Source: Fistulifera solaris (Eukaryota). From it: a DNA stretch of 64,000 nucleotides. The position numbers were made by a program, and so were the translations under genes. How positions within the stretch are numbered: position 1 is the first letter of the stretch; the number at the start of each line of letters is the position of its first letter. The notes beneath the pieces were generated by a model that was given only the letters and a program-made list of their open reading frames with translations, was not told the origin of the DNA and searched no databases. The stretch is from NCBI GenBank assembly GCA_030295235.1, contig AP026129.1, positions 186,001 to 250,000 on the forward strand, in the 5' to 3' direction. Below, in pieces: positions 12,801-24,065 of the stretch.

Positions 12801-15800
12801 TCCCGAGAAACGGCCGGATCGGTTTCGAGAAAAAGTGTGATTTTGGCGACGACCGGATAGTCCTCCGAGTGTTCCAGATCCTCTTGACGAAGCGCTTCTT
12901 CCTTCAGAATCGTTGCTCATGGTTACAGACCCATCATACTCGCATAAATCACGGATCATGCTTAAGAAAACTTGTCGAAAAGAACTAATATTGCAAAAAG
13001 GGTGAGTGGACATTACGCTGGTAATTTAGAGAAGAATTCACAGACGCACCTTAGTGGAATCCTCTGCTCTGTCTCGTTTGATGTAGATCGTGCAGCTACA
13101 ATGATCTTCTTGGTCTCCTTTTTTGCGGCATTCACTTCCTTTATCTCGTCTACGACAGACGTAGCTAGTGCGCTTTTACCCGAACCACTTTCACCTATTA
13201 CGAATACTATTGAACTTTTGCTAGGATTGTCGAGCATGTAGTCAGCAACTGACATAATCGCTCGCTTTTCATCTTTTCTTCCAAGGAAAGGATAGGCCGA
13301 TTTCTTCTTTTATAGGCCGGAACAGTGTTTAGCGGCTCAAAGATAGTAACGGGCTTGTCATATCCTTTCGCTTGAATTGGCTTTAGCGAGTTCATCAAAA
13401 ACGATCACCAGCCTGCTGCTGAACGGCTTCGTCCACCAGAATTCCCTTGTTCTCCTTCGAGCCCATTAGCCGGGCAGCCTGTTGACGTGAAGGCAAAGTT
13501 TTTAGTAAATAAAGTCGCCAGATAGCAAATACAACAACGTCGAACAAAAAAGTAGATTACTCACCAAATTACAGGGCGCACCCAAAACAGCAAATTCGTG
13601 TCTTCTTATTCCTCCCACGACTCCGCAATATACTTTTCCGAACGTGCACCCAATCCTATTGTCCACAGAGAGTTCATCTTTCAAGCATCGATTGATAGCA
13701 AACGCTGCCGGTAGGGCATTATTTGCAACCATATTTGGAAATGTAGATCCCCTCAAGCCAAAAGTCGCAATAAGTACAACACCTACAAATAGGAACACAG
13801 CATCATATGAGAATTCATCACAGCAGCGGTCCCAAAGACAGGTCTCATTCTCACCTTTGTCGTCAACGATAAATTGCCTCAAATGGCCACTGTATCGATC
13901 CAGTTCACGTGATGTGACATGCATTATATGATGAAGTTTCTGAGTAAGCTCAGAATCAATTTCTTCGTCTCCAGTTATCTTCGGCGAAATCATAGCATTT
14001 ATGAACATAGTGAACACAGAACGCAGCTCAGCTTCAGCTCGATGACGACTTTCGAGGGCTTCGGTTGGCTGAGTTGCTTTCCCCGATTGAATTGCAGCAG
14101 AAAGAGCCAATTCATCACCGCGAATCACAGGATGAACATAAAGAGCCATTTGCAGATGAAGTCGCGCTAACGCAGTGTTATTCAGTGCGCTGCAGTGGAC
14201 GCGAAGAGACTCATCATTTTGTTGCAATGATGTTTGCCGTTCAGTAGCGTGGTCCGAGAAGTCCAAATAACATTCGCCACGAGATGCGATCAGCAGCGGT
14301 TTATTGGTGTACAGTTGCTCATCTGATAAGTCAACACAATGAGCCAGAGCTGCCACCGCTTCTGGAGAAGCAAATACTTCGCCATCATTGGCAACATCGG
14401 CAGCGATAGAGACCTGTCGAATTTTAAAAGTTTTAGCGTCTTTGTCCGATTACCTCATGTTCATACAATCGAGCTACCTACCTGCTCGATTGGCTCGCCA
14501 AGGATAAGAAACTCCCTCCTCAATTCAATCGCATCCTCTTCCTCTTCGCCATCTTTAAAGTCGCCAACGTGAAGCCCGGTCATTTTCCCTACGCCAACAC
14601 CACAATGGACATTCAACATAGCCTCACTTTTGCTCGTTGACGCGGACGTGACATGAAAATCGCTGAACTTTGCGACAATGGAACATGCGCATTGAGCCGC
14701 CATCAACACACAAGTTGAGAGCTTGGGTACTTCGCCATCATCCCACATGAATTCATTCACTGATGCGAGAGACGCATTCAAACTCTCCAGAGGATTGCGT
14801 ACATTACGACCGGATGCGCCATCCTCGCTCACAACTCTCCATTCCGCGAAAAATGCATCTCCAGCAAATTTCAAGATATCTCCACCATGTTGAATTACTT
14901 CGGTTACGATCATATCGAAGTAGGCATTAATTACTTTGGATAATGATTCAGCGTCGAGCATGGTGGACAGTTTTGTAAAGCCGGACATGTCGACAAACAA
15001 AAGTGCGCTCTCCCGCGGAACACTCTTGGGCAACTGCATAAAGGAATGATTTCCCTTGTCTTGCAATTTGATGAGGTTTTCCGACAATCGCTGGCCATCT
15101 AGGACGTCCGCCGAAGATGCCAAGTCATCCATGGAACTAACACTCGCAGCTTCGCCGCCCGTTTTTTCTTCTCCCACCTCGTCGAGTTTGTCGTGACTTG
15201 ACTGGCGTGCTGCTTCTCCAAACTTCCAACTCGTGGGTAATCAAGTCTTCCATGACAGTCTTTGGTGTATGAAACGAAAACCACACGACACTTTCGATGA
15301 GCTGTTCTTTTTTGAGCTTGAGGTGTGCATCCGTATCATTCCGGGTCATATTGGCGGTGGGTAACGTCAACGAAGACTGATGCATGAGGGCCACCATGGC
15401 TAGATTGGAAAGATCAGCGGAGCTATGACCCACACGAGTAGATTGCGAAGTGGCATAGGAAGATGATTGCCCAAGCACACCCCCGAGACTCAAGGAAGCA
15501 TCCGACATATCCGACGAGTCATCTAGAGGCCGAGATCGTCGAATATTGCCGGGAAGAACGGGTAAACCAGTCTCAGTACTCGGGTGTCGATTGAGTTTGT
15601 TGCGTCCTCCATCTGTACTGGCGTTCAAATAACGAGCAAGTCCCATGTTACTATTTGCATTCGAAGTAGTATCACTTTCGCTTTCTTCACTGCTATAACG
15701 AGCGGCCGGGCTTAAAATGACAGAGGTCCGGTAGGAATTGGCGAACGATTCCACACCGTCAACTGAGTTCCTTCGTTCTTCGCGACGACCTGGTCGTCGA

Positions 15801-15910
15801 GTAAGTCCAGTCATTAGTTGCTGATCAAATGAATTTGTGCGCGAAGTTCCTCGACGTGGATCCATCTCCATCGATCGAGATCTTGCTGGTTTTATGGGAC
15901 GAGGATCCAT
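9864..15910 (-). CDS. Soluble adenylyl cyclase-like protein (two class III cyclase domains, STAND/AAA ATPase, helical C-terminus), multi-exon
   Basis: C1: ALLFVDMSGFTKLS, GGDILKFAGDA, HCGVGVG. C2: QFIVDDKG, GVVGGIRRHEFAVLGAPCNL|AARLM. Walker A GESGSGKS, Walker B VVLDDFQW, RTGGLPVFV, FSHAMWR. Spread over ORFs 9864-16024 with several GT-AG introns; probable ATG at 15910. Confidence 0.88.
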
Positions 15911-16689
15911 TTTGATGACAGATTTCTCTTTTAGGACAAATCTTTTATGTCTGCTATGTATAGGAGTAGCAATGAGTGCACGGATAAAGCGTTTGATTGA
16001 AAAGAACAACTCTCGAGGATGCACAAGTCACACAGCTCGGCAGCAACTTTCTCGGCCCGTCCAGTAATTTCGGTCCCAACTTCCACTTGATTCACTACCT
16101 TTCTTGGTGAATCACTATTCTGTTGAAGACAAACTTAAAGAACGTTGTTATCAATTTGTTGTTGTCGTTGATCGTCAATGCTACGGATGAGTATGCCTAT
16201 ATAGTTTTGTTTAGGTATGTTGGTTGTTGGGCAACGCGGTGGTAACAAATCTGAACTTTATTGACAGGGCCATCGCCCATCGGTCACTTTTACGCCCAAA
16301 AGGCCACAGAATGGGTCACAGTCCAATTATGACAGTTGAGTCCCGCTACTTAAGTCACGCGTTAGTAGCAGTATTTTCATTGTTTCCGGGGAGGACCATA
16401 AATCATCCATGATAGAATATCATCATCTAAAGAAAACTGGTCGAGGGGCATCACCAACAACAAATGATAGGTCGATGGTGTGATTCCTATATGAACTGCT
16501 GTTGAACTGTGCCTCTAAATAATATGGTGTTCATTTTCAAATTACAGGAGAATTGGCTAGGTCGACATGACAAGCAAAGCAAAGCATTATATATAGCCTC
16601 GACTTTAGCGCTCTATAAAGAATCTGCAAAAGACCGCAGAATACACATCTTCTTGCCAATATAAACAGGTATGGGTAAATCCCAGCTGA

Positions 16690-17712
16690 CTATTTGTATT
16701 GCCGTTGCCATAAACATTGTATCAAAGACGGCTGCTTGACGTTTTTCAGAGAATCTCCTTGAAAATGATAGTCGCAGGATTCCAACTCGATATATTCACA
16801 TTCGTAGTCTTCCCCGTATTCAAAGAATCGTCTAGTCCCGCCACACAAGCGTCGTGGAATCACAAAGATCACCACTCGAGCTTTATACTCCACTATAGCG
16901 TGATCGACAAATTCTTGTGCTAAATGAAAAGGCGGATTTCCAATCACAATGCACGATTCACTATCGTCGATTCCGAAATCGCGCTTGCTACTAGAAAGAA
17001 AATCAGAGACTTTCCACTGAATCTGGCTCATTCTGGGAATTGTAGAATAGTTTTGGCGACAATGCGAAACAGCTTCCGGATCAAGATCGAGGCCCACCAT
17101 TTTCCATCCCGTTGCCGATTGTTGGTGTTCTTCAACTAGAGCTTCCATAATGATCCCGTGTCCACAGCTTGGCTCAATAATAACCAAGTCGCTTTGCTGT
17201 TCCGTTGTTAGCCTCTCCATTAGAACTTTTGCCAAATGCTTCGCATTGGTATTACTACAGAAGTACTGCCCCAACTGCTTGGACTGCTGGCAATCCATGT
17301 GATCACTTGCGCTGGACCAGAGATTCTCGGTGTCACATTGCCGTGAGAATAGACTCCAAGCTCGAGAATGGTTCTTTTTTACTGTCAATAGATACTGGTC
17401 CAACATCTGTAAATTCTTTTTCATGTAAGGCTTCCAGCGATCATCACTCCTCTGCTCGACTGCAGGGTCCGGTCGTTGCCACGGTGATTCTTGCGCTAAT
17501 TGTCGGAAGGCTGCTTTCGGCAGAGGTACGGATGACTGTCGTGACAAGAGCAAGAAATCTAGCTTCGATCTCCACCAGTTCCCCGTTTCCAATCGAATCT
17601 TCCAAGCCGGAAAACGTTTGCCGGATTTCTCGATCCATAGTTGTTCGTAACCACACTCGAGGATACAAGGAGCAGTTACAGTAGTATCTGTTGTTGTGGA
17701 AGCTTCTGTCAT
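16690..17712 (-). CDS. SAM-dependent amino-methyltransferase with NPPF motif (N6-adenine methylase-like)
   Basis: KQLGQYF (motif X), IIEPSCGHG (motif I), GLDLD (II), SDFL (III), IGNPPF (IV), FVIP (VI). Unrelated ~130 aa N-terminal region. Confidence 0.75.
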   Translation of the reverse strand: MTEASTTTDTTVTAPCILECGYEQLWIEKSGKRFPAWKIRLETGNWWRSKLDFLLLSRQSSVPLPKAAFRQLAQESPWQRPDPAVEQRSDDRWKPYMKKNLQMLDQYLLTVKKNHSRAWSLFSRQCDTENLWSSASDHMDCQQSKQLGQYFCSNTNAKHLAKVLMERLTTEQQSDLVIIEPSCGHGIIMEALVEEHQQSATGWKMVGLDLDPEAVSHCRQNYSTIPRMSQIQWKVSDFLSSSKRDFGIDDSESCIVIGNPPFHLAQEFVDHAIVEYKARVVIFVIPRRLCGGTRRFFEYGEDYECEYIELESCDYHFQGDSLKNVKQPSLIQCLWQRQYK

Positions 17713-18455
17713 ACTTAAAAAAAATAAAATACATTTCCACTGATCATCATGTCCTCAAACCTTGAACGCAAGCAACTATCGACTGGATTTTTCGCTCATG
17801 ATCTTAAAAGCCCGAAAACGATTAACCGGCAACAAAAGAGATTCACAGATCAACGTACGAAGTGCATAAACATAAATGTAAATTAGTTGTAATGGCATAC
17901 TGGTAGGGTTATCTTGACGAAGCAACAACTTCCTTCGAAACGCAACACCGGGGACCGTCGCAACCACCTTTCTAACCTACAGATTTTCTGCTTGTGCTCA
18001 GTTGTCGTCTCCACACACACGCACTACTTGACCTTTCACTCAAATTTTCTGAGGCGCTCACTATATTTCTAAAGTGTAAGCAACCTTTCGCCACGACTGG
18101 ATTTCAGTCATGAGACAGGATGCAATACCAGGTACCGGTACGAGTGCCGCTTTGTGAGATACCTGGTACGTCTTCCATGCGCCTCGCTTCTTAATTCGCA
18201 GGCCCGTCGCAGTCGCAGCCAACAACAAAATTTCGTCCGCATGCGTTTGATGGTGATCGATGATGATTCGGATGATTACAAGACAATGTACCAAGTACTT
18301 GTACATTGCGTCATAAAGTGAAAGAGATTCAAAAGGACTTGTACATTAGTCAAGAGATCAAAAGCCAATCGACTCCTCCTACAATGAGTTTCCGAGCGAC
18401 TGTGTAAATATATTTCCATTTTATATTTTTTTTTTGAGAAGAATCAGTTCACAAC

Positions 18456-21400
18456 ATGCGGCAAACCTCGAAACGATTGATCCTTAGCTCGTTATGCTGG
18501 ACATTATCGGTATCTTTTCATCTATCGCCTCAACCAGGAGGGTTAGAACACAGAGATATGATAAGACATAAACAGCAATTCACAATAATACCGAACAATC
18601 ACCTCATAACAGAGTTATGGATGTCGAGTCAGTCGTCGATTCATAGAAATGAAGGAAATGCCACATATGTTAAACGAAACATTACTACGAATAATGAAAA
18701 GATGCAAGACGATATCAGCCGGCGACTGGCCATGTCGAAAGATCGAACGTTGTCCGAGCGTCCTCCACCTTCAACTAACGCTGATCCAAAGAGAACACTG
18801 AGCCATGAAGAATATTCAAGCATTTTACTGCCTCCTCCGCAGCAAAAACAGAAACAAACAGACGCGGAAGGCGATCGCAACTCGGAAAGGAGTTTTCGAA
18901 AACAGCGCGCGAGACTCAAACAAACAAAGAAAAAGCCTATTTTTGATCGGAGATCACCACAGCCTGTACGAAAGTCAACAACGGCATTAAATGTACAGCC
19001 AGGCCGACAGGGGACAAAACTGAATACATATTCCTCTCTACTTCCGCCTTTGACCCCGGATTCCAGCGCTAACAGGGACTCCAACGGTGAACTAGACGAT
19101 GAAGACGATGAGAATGACCCTCTTTCGTCCGGCTTATCTTCGTGGGAAGAGTTCTTAGGTGTTAGCCCATCGAAGCCCACGACCAGCACCCGGGCTGGAA
19201 TGAAAAATGATGCGAAATACCCTAGAAAATCGGAAGATACCGTAATAGGCGGTGATGGAATTGCGCAGCAGCTACCTTCTATCCAAGATTTGTTTCCTTC
19301 TACCATGCACTCTTCTCCAACAGATGCCAAAAAGCCACAAAGGATTACCGAAACAACGTCGCGCTCGGCTCTTGATGGTGTTCTACCTGTATCGGCCCTT
19401 TTCTATCGATCTTCGCAGCAGCAAAAAACCGATGGAGCTCACGACGACGAAGACGACGATGTTGACGATGAAGAGCTTCCTTTCTCGGCAGAACAGTCCG
19501 GGGCTGTCAGCAGCGAAAATAACAAAGTTCGCATTCGTCGTAATCTGGCGTCGAAGCAGGTGCCGCCATCTAAACCGAAAAGATCTTCTCGAGGACGCAA
19601 ACTTGTCCGACGAGGTATGGAGATGCTTGTGGGAGGGGTTCCAATTAACGCCGACCCTCCACAACGCGGAGTTGAGCTGTACTACCAACCGACGGACATC
19701 GATTATCGCTTTGACTGGGCAAAAGTTGTATCACTCAATTCTCGAGTTTTCGGTCCTTTGCTTTACGCGGCTTCCATACCAAAAGTGTCTCCATTTGAAA
19801 GAGGACTGTTTTGCGAATATTGGACCAGCTCGGCATTGAAATGGGATATCTGTCCTAAAGATTTGCGTCGAATAGCCAGGGATCATTATTTGCAACAACA
19901 AATGTTTTCTTCAGAAAAATTGAAATCGATAGACAAAGAAAGGTCGAACAAAGTTCTAACTTGGAAAATACTACATTTACTGAAGTCGACGATGACCGAA
20001 ATTCAGATTCGAGCACGACCCGGTCTGGAAATTCCTGCGCTATTAAGAAAGAAATCAGTCCGCTTGAGAACGGTGTGTTCGAAACAGAAGGCGAGTGTAC
20101 TTTTGAAGTCGGCCTTTCGCAAGATGAAATCGAATCTGCTTCCTACGAAATATTTGAGTCCGTTTTCAGTCGAGCCTTCACATATGTTATAGAAAAAGCT
20201 GTTCGTTCCACTTCACCCGAAGCTGAAAGATACACAGTTGACATTCCGAGCATTAAATTTGTCGAGACAGACGAGGGTTACATCGACATACACGTCGGTT
20301 TCACGATAACGTTTAATGCGAACAGCCAAGAGAGCAACGCAGCGATGGATACACAGAAACGAACCAAACGTATCAACGAAGCACTACAACAGGCCATGGA
20401 TGATGGTGAAATTGCGTTAGAGTTAGCTCGAGCCGCACAAGAAGAAAGTCGTTGGCCCGACGCCCTTCGTGACCGAATCGTCGAGGAATGTTTGTTTCAA
20501 GACGACGCCGAACTTTTGAACGAAGCTGACTTTACACAAACAAAGGATACTATGCAGGAGAAGGAGAATAGTGATTCCAAACCCGATTTAAAAAAAATCA
20601 GAGCCAAAGCGAACACGGGAGAAGCGATCAACGTTGTACACCAGAGAAGATATGTTTTCTGGCGGAGGCACCGATGGTGTATTCTACAATTTTTCCGCAG
20701 GTAATGCGCTGAATGCTCCTTACGGGGGACAAATCGGTCTGCGCTTAGTAGATGCTGTTGTGGAACGTGCTAAGCAACGCCAACCTCGAGTGATTGCCAT
20801 TGGGGATGTGCATGGCTGTATCGATGAACTGCAAGATCTTTTGAGAGAGTGCGATTATCGACCGGGGGACTTGGTTGTTTTCCTGGGCGATCTGGTTTGC
20901 AAAGGCCCCGATAGTATTTCAGTCGTTCAAATGGCTCGTGAAATAGGCGCTATCGGCGTGAGAGGTAATCATGATTTTGAAGTTGTTCGGTGGCACCAGG
21001 CCATCATATCTGGAGTTGACCCCCAGTTGTTCGATCGGAGCACTATCATATTGCGTCTTGTTTAAGCAAGGCCGACATGAAATGGATGTATAGCCTACCT
21101 TGGTATGTCTCCAGTCAAGACTTGAGTACCCTGTTTGTCCACGCTGGGTTCGTCTCCGGCATCCGTCTTGCAAAACAAAACCCTCGGCTTATGATGAACA
21201 TGAGAAGTATTTTACCGGACGGTACCGTTACTTCCAAGTTCTTCAACAACTGGCCATGGGCACGTTTGTGGGACGGACCTCAGACTGTTTTATTTGGACA
21301 CGGTACGTCTTACGTGGCTGTGTTCGTTTGTTGCTGATACATCGATAACTAACTCTTCGCTATTCTAGATGCCGACCGCGGTCTTCAGCAATACGAACAT

Positions 21401-21529
21401 GCCATCGGACTGGATACCGGGTGCGTGTACGGGGGTCGATTGACAGCTTGTATTCTCCCCGAGAAGCGCCTCGTGAGTGTCAGCGCACGACGAGAATATT
21501 TCAAATATCGCCGGAAACACTACGACTAG
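18456..21529 (+). CDS. Calcineurin-like metallophosphoesterase (ApaH/ALPH-like) with very long low-complexity N-terminal region and probable plastid presequence
   Basis: IGDVHGC, LGDLVCKGP, RGNHD, VHAG, FGH|D, GLDTGCVYGGRLTA. Intron 21303-21368; stop 21527-21529; several frameshifts join ORFs 18456, 19961, 20634 and 21077. Confidence 0.8.
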
Positions 21530-22255
21530 AATTATTATTTGTGCTGCCCATGATGTGCAGTTACATGCACCTAGCACAGCCGACACCACAGACACCTGTA
21601 ACTATCACTCAAAGCCATAGATCAAGGATTGCTTTTGTACTTTTTTCCTGCTCTTGAAACTGCTCGAAATCCGTCTGACTTCTCGCGCTGACGCTTCATT
21701 AAAAAGTCTTTCTGAATGACAGAAGACTGGAATTTACGGATGAATTTAGACTGCTCTAGGTTATGTTATTGAATTCTGCACACTGCACATGATGTCTTCG
21801 TCGCCTTGCGCTCAAGACTGGTTTGTTTTTGAAACGTGTTTGCTGCAGGCTTTTCGCGCGTTTCGAGTTTCGAGAAGTGTGGGAAGGCAACGCACGCGTC
21901 TACTTTCTGTGGCTATACACTTGCACCGAATTGCAACGTCGGACGTCGGCCCTCCTCCTGTGCGTATTCCGTCGAATTTCAAAATTCTGACGATGAAACG
22001 TGACTCGCTAGATACTCCGATCTGGTAGCTTTTCTACAGGAATATTACGGGCGCGGTCGACGAATCCTGAGTCACGAAAGAATCTTTTTGAGTTGACTTT
22101 TCTCCCAAGTTCGATTGTTCTTTCGCAAAATTTCAGTGCAAGTCGACACATCATCATCCCATCATCAACGACAATCGACGTAATTTACAACAATAACGCA
22201 AGAGAACCCCTATAAATTCTCTATATTTGACCACAAAAACAAATTGACCCGAAAC

Positions 22256-23052
22256 ATGATGCAGTCAGTCGCTTTGACCGAGTTGAACTGCAATGACGAT
22301 GAATTCGTCATTGTAGAAGCACCTCGCGGATTGACAGAATCGAATGTGTTCGGGGGCTCCTCGCATACGCTTTCGTCACTAGCAGACGACGATGATGCTT
22401 CATACGACTACTGCGACGATGGCTATTCTATGCCTCCTACTGGCTCTTCACAATGGGAAGAAACATTCGCAACAACAGGACGTGATATTAACGAAGAATT
22501 TAACTTACCGCCGAACTTAACCGACACGGACGTGGAAGATGCGATTGATTATTTGCAGACAGAAAGGTTCCCTTTGCTAGAGCTCAGCGACACCAAGATG
22601 ATGAAGCAACCATATCAGAGCTCGTTTTGCTTTTCTCTTGATGGCGCAACGGCGTGTAAGATTCTTGAAATGAACGGGGACCGAGCGTCCGATTCGTCTT
22701 TACCTTCTTCCGTCTCAGAAGAAACCAAAGATGATGCATCTACTGCCACGAAAGATGACGCATCAACTCGTTTACCGAGTTCTTCATCGGCAACTGGATC
22801 AAGCGCGTCGAGCGCATCTAGTGTTACACTTACCCGTCTCTCGAACAAAAAGAGACGTAAGCAACTATTACTTGCGAAAAGGCAGCTGCAGCAGCCGCAG
22901 CTGCAGCGAAATTAGCCGAGGTAACCGCAAACGAAGTATTTCCTCCGTCTTCCACCTCCAGCAGCATCAAAAAAATATCATCACTTCATAAAAAAACGAA
23001 AAAATCTGCCTTGGGACGCAGCAAATCCAAGAAGCTTCGCAACTTCTCTTGA
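22256..23052 (+). CDS. Hypothetical low-complexity protein (acidic/Ser-rich, basic RLSNKKRRK motif then poly-Ala)
   Basis: 220-codon ORF continuing after a frameshift at ~22880 into AAAAAAAAK. The 3' end is uncertain. Confidence 0.5.
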
Positions 23053-23405
23053 ACATAGTACCCACAACATCCGGACGTATCAGCAGTCCATCCACGTGAA
23101 CGTCCACTCTGAACGTCATTGAAACAAATATTTGCAGAAAAAATTACTTGCCGACGACTCGTCTCACCTTTTCCTAAAACGCAAAAAAAACATTAAATTT
23201 GTTGCAGTCGCAGCTCGCATCAGTGAATGAGATTTGAACAAATGTGTTCAAGTCTCTCGATAGTAGTATATCTCTAGTCCCTTTTACATCAAGCTATAAT
23301 TTGAAAAAGCCAGTTTCGTAGCTACAGCTGAAATGTGCTGAACGTGATAAAGAGTCGTCGAGGTCGATGCCTTTACCATGCACAATAACCTTTTGTTAAC
23401 AGCTC

Positions 23406-24065
23406 TCACGTATAGTTTCCAGCTTTCCTCCGAATGACAAATATGCCAAAAGTCGTTCCACGAAAGTTTTCTGGTATGAGATGATCTGCCATTTTCTCGT
23501 AACGGAAGCCGCCTTTCTCTAAAAGATCGAAAAATGCGTCTTTCGTATCGGCCATGGTAACACCGAGAAGTACAATCGTCTTTGTCTTGGCGAAATATTG
23601 AAGTGAAGCAATGAGAGGATCGTAAAGTTCTTCTCGATAAGCGACATCCGAGCCAATAATGAGATCGAAATCTATCTTCGCCCAAGCCTTATTTTCTAGC
23701 TTTTCAAAAGCTCCCCATTTGTGCTTGACGACATGAACGTCGGTCTTTTGTAGGATATGATGATTTGCTTGCAGCGTTTTTCGAATCAGCTGTAAATGTT
23801 GGTCGTCTAGATCTGTCACCACGAGCGATTGTACGGATCCCCAAGCTGCTAAACAAACCGACAACAACCCATTGCCACTGCCTAATTCGAGGACCTTTAA
23901 GTGATCCAGCCGAGCTTGCTTCTCAGCGTGCTCTGTCTTGAGATAATGAGCTAATGCTAAACCTGTACTCCACAAACCTCCACCAATGCCGGTCGACCAG
24001 TCTTCTTGAAAAAAAATGGGTTGACCTCGGATGGTCAAGAAAGGGGATGGCAGTTCCGATTCCAT
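23406..24065 (-). CDS. Methyltransferase family 16 (METTL21-like protein-lysine methyltransferase)
   Basis: GIGGGLWSTGLALAHYL, VLELGSGNGL, VTDL, W, DLIIGSDVAY (DxxY). Confidence 0.9.
   Translation of the reverse strand: MESELPSPFLTIRGQPIFFQEDWSTGIGGGLWSTGLALAHYLKTEHAEKQARLDHLKVLELGSGNGLLSVCLAAWGSVQSLVVTDLDDQHLQLIRKTLQANHHILQKTDVHVVKHKWGAFEKLENKAWAKIDFDLIIGSDVAYREELYDPLIASLQYFAKTKTIVLLGVTMADTKDAFFDLLEKGGFRYEKMADHLIPENFRGTTFGIFVIRRKAGNYT

Noticed and set aside
18641..19330. Long antisense ORFs (e.g. 229 aa here; also 37573..38106, 61700..62290)
   Set aside because: Shadows of real genes on the opposite strand with no independent domain signal.
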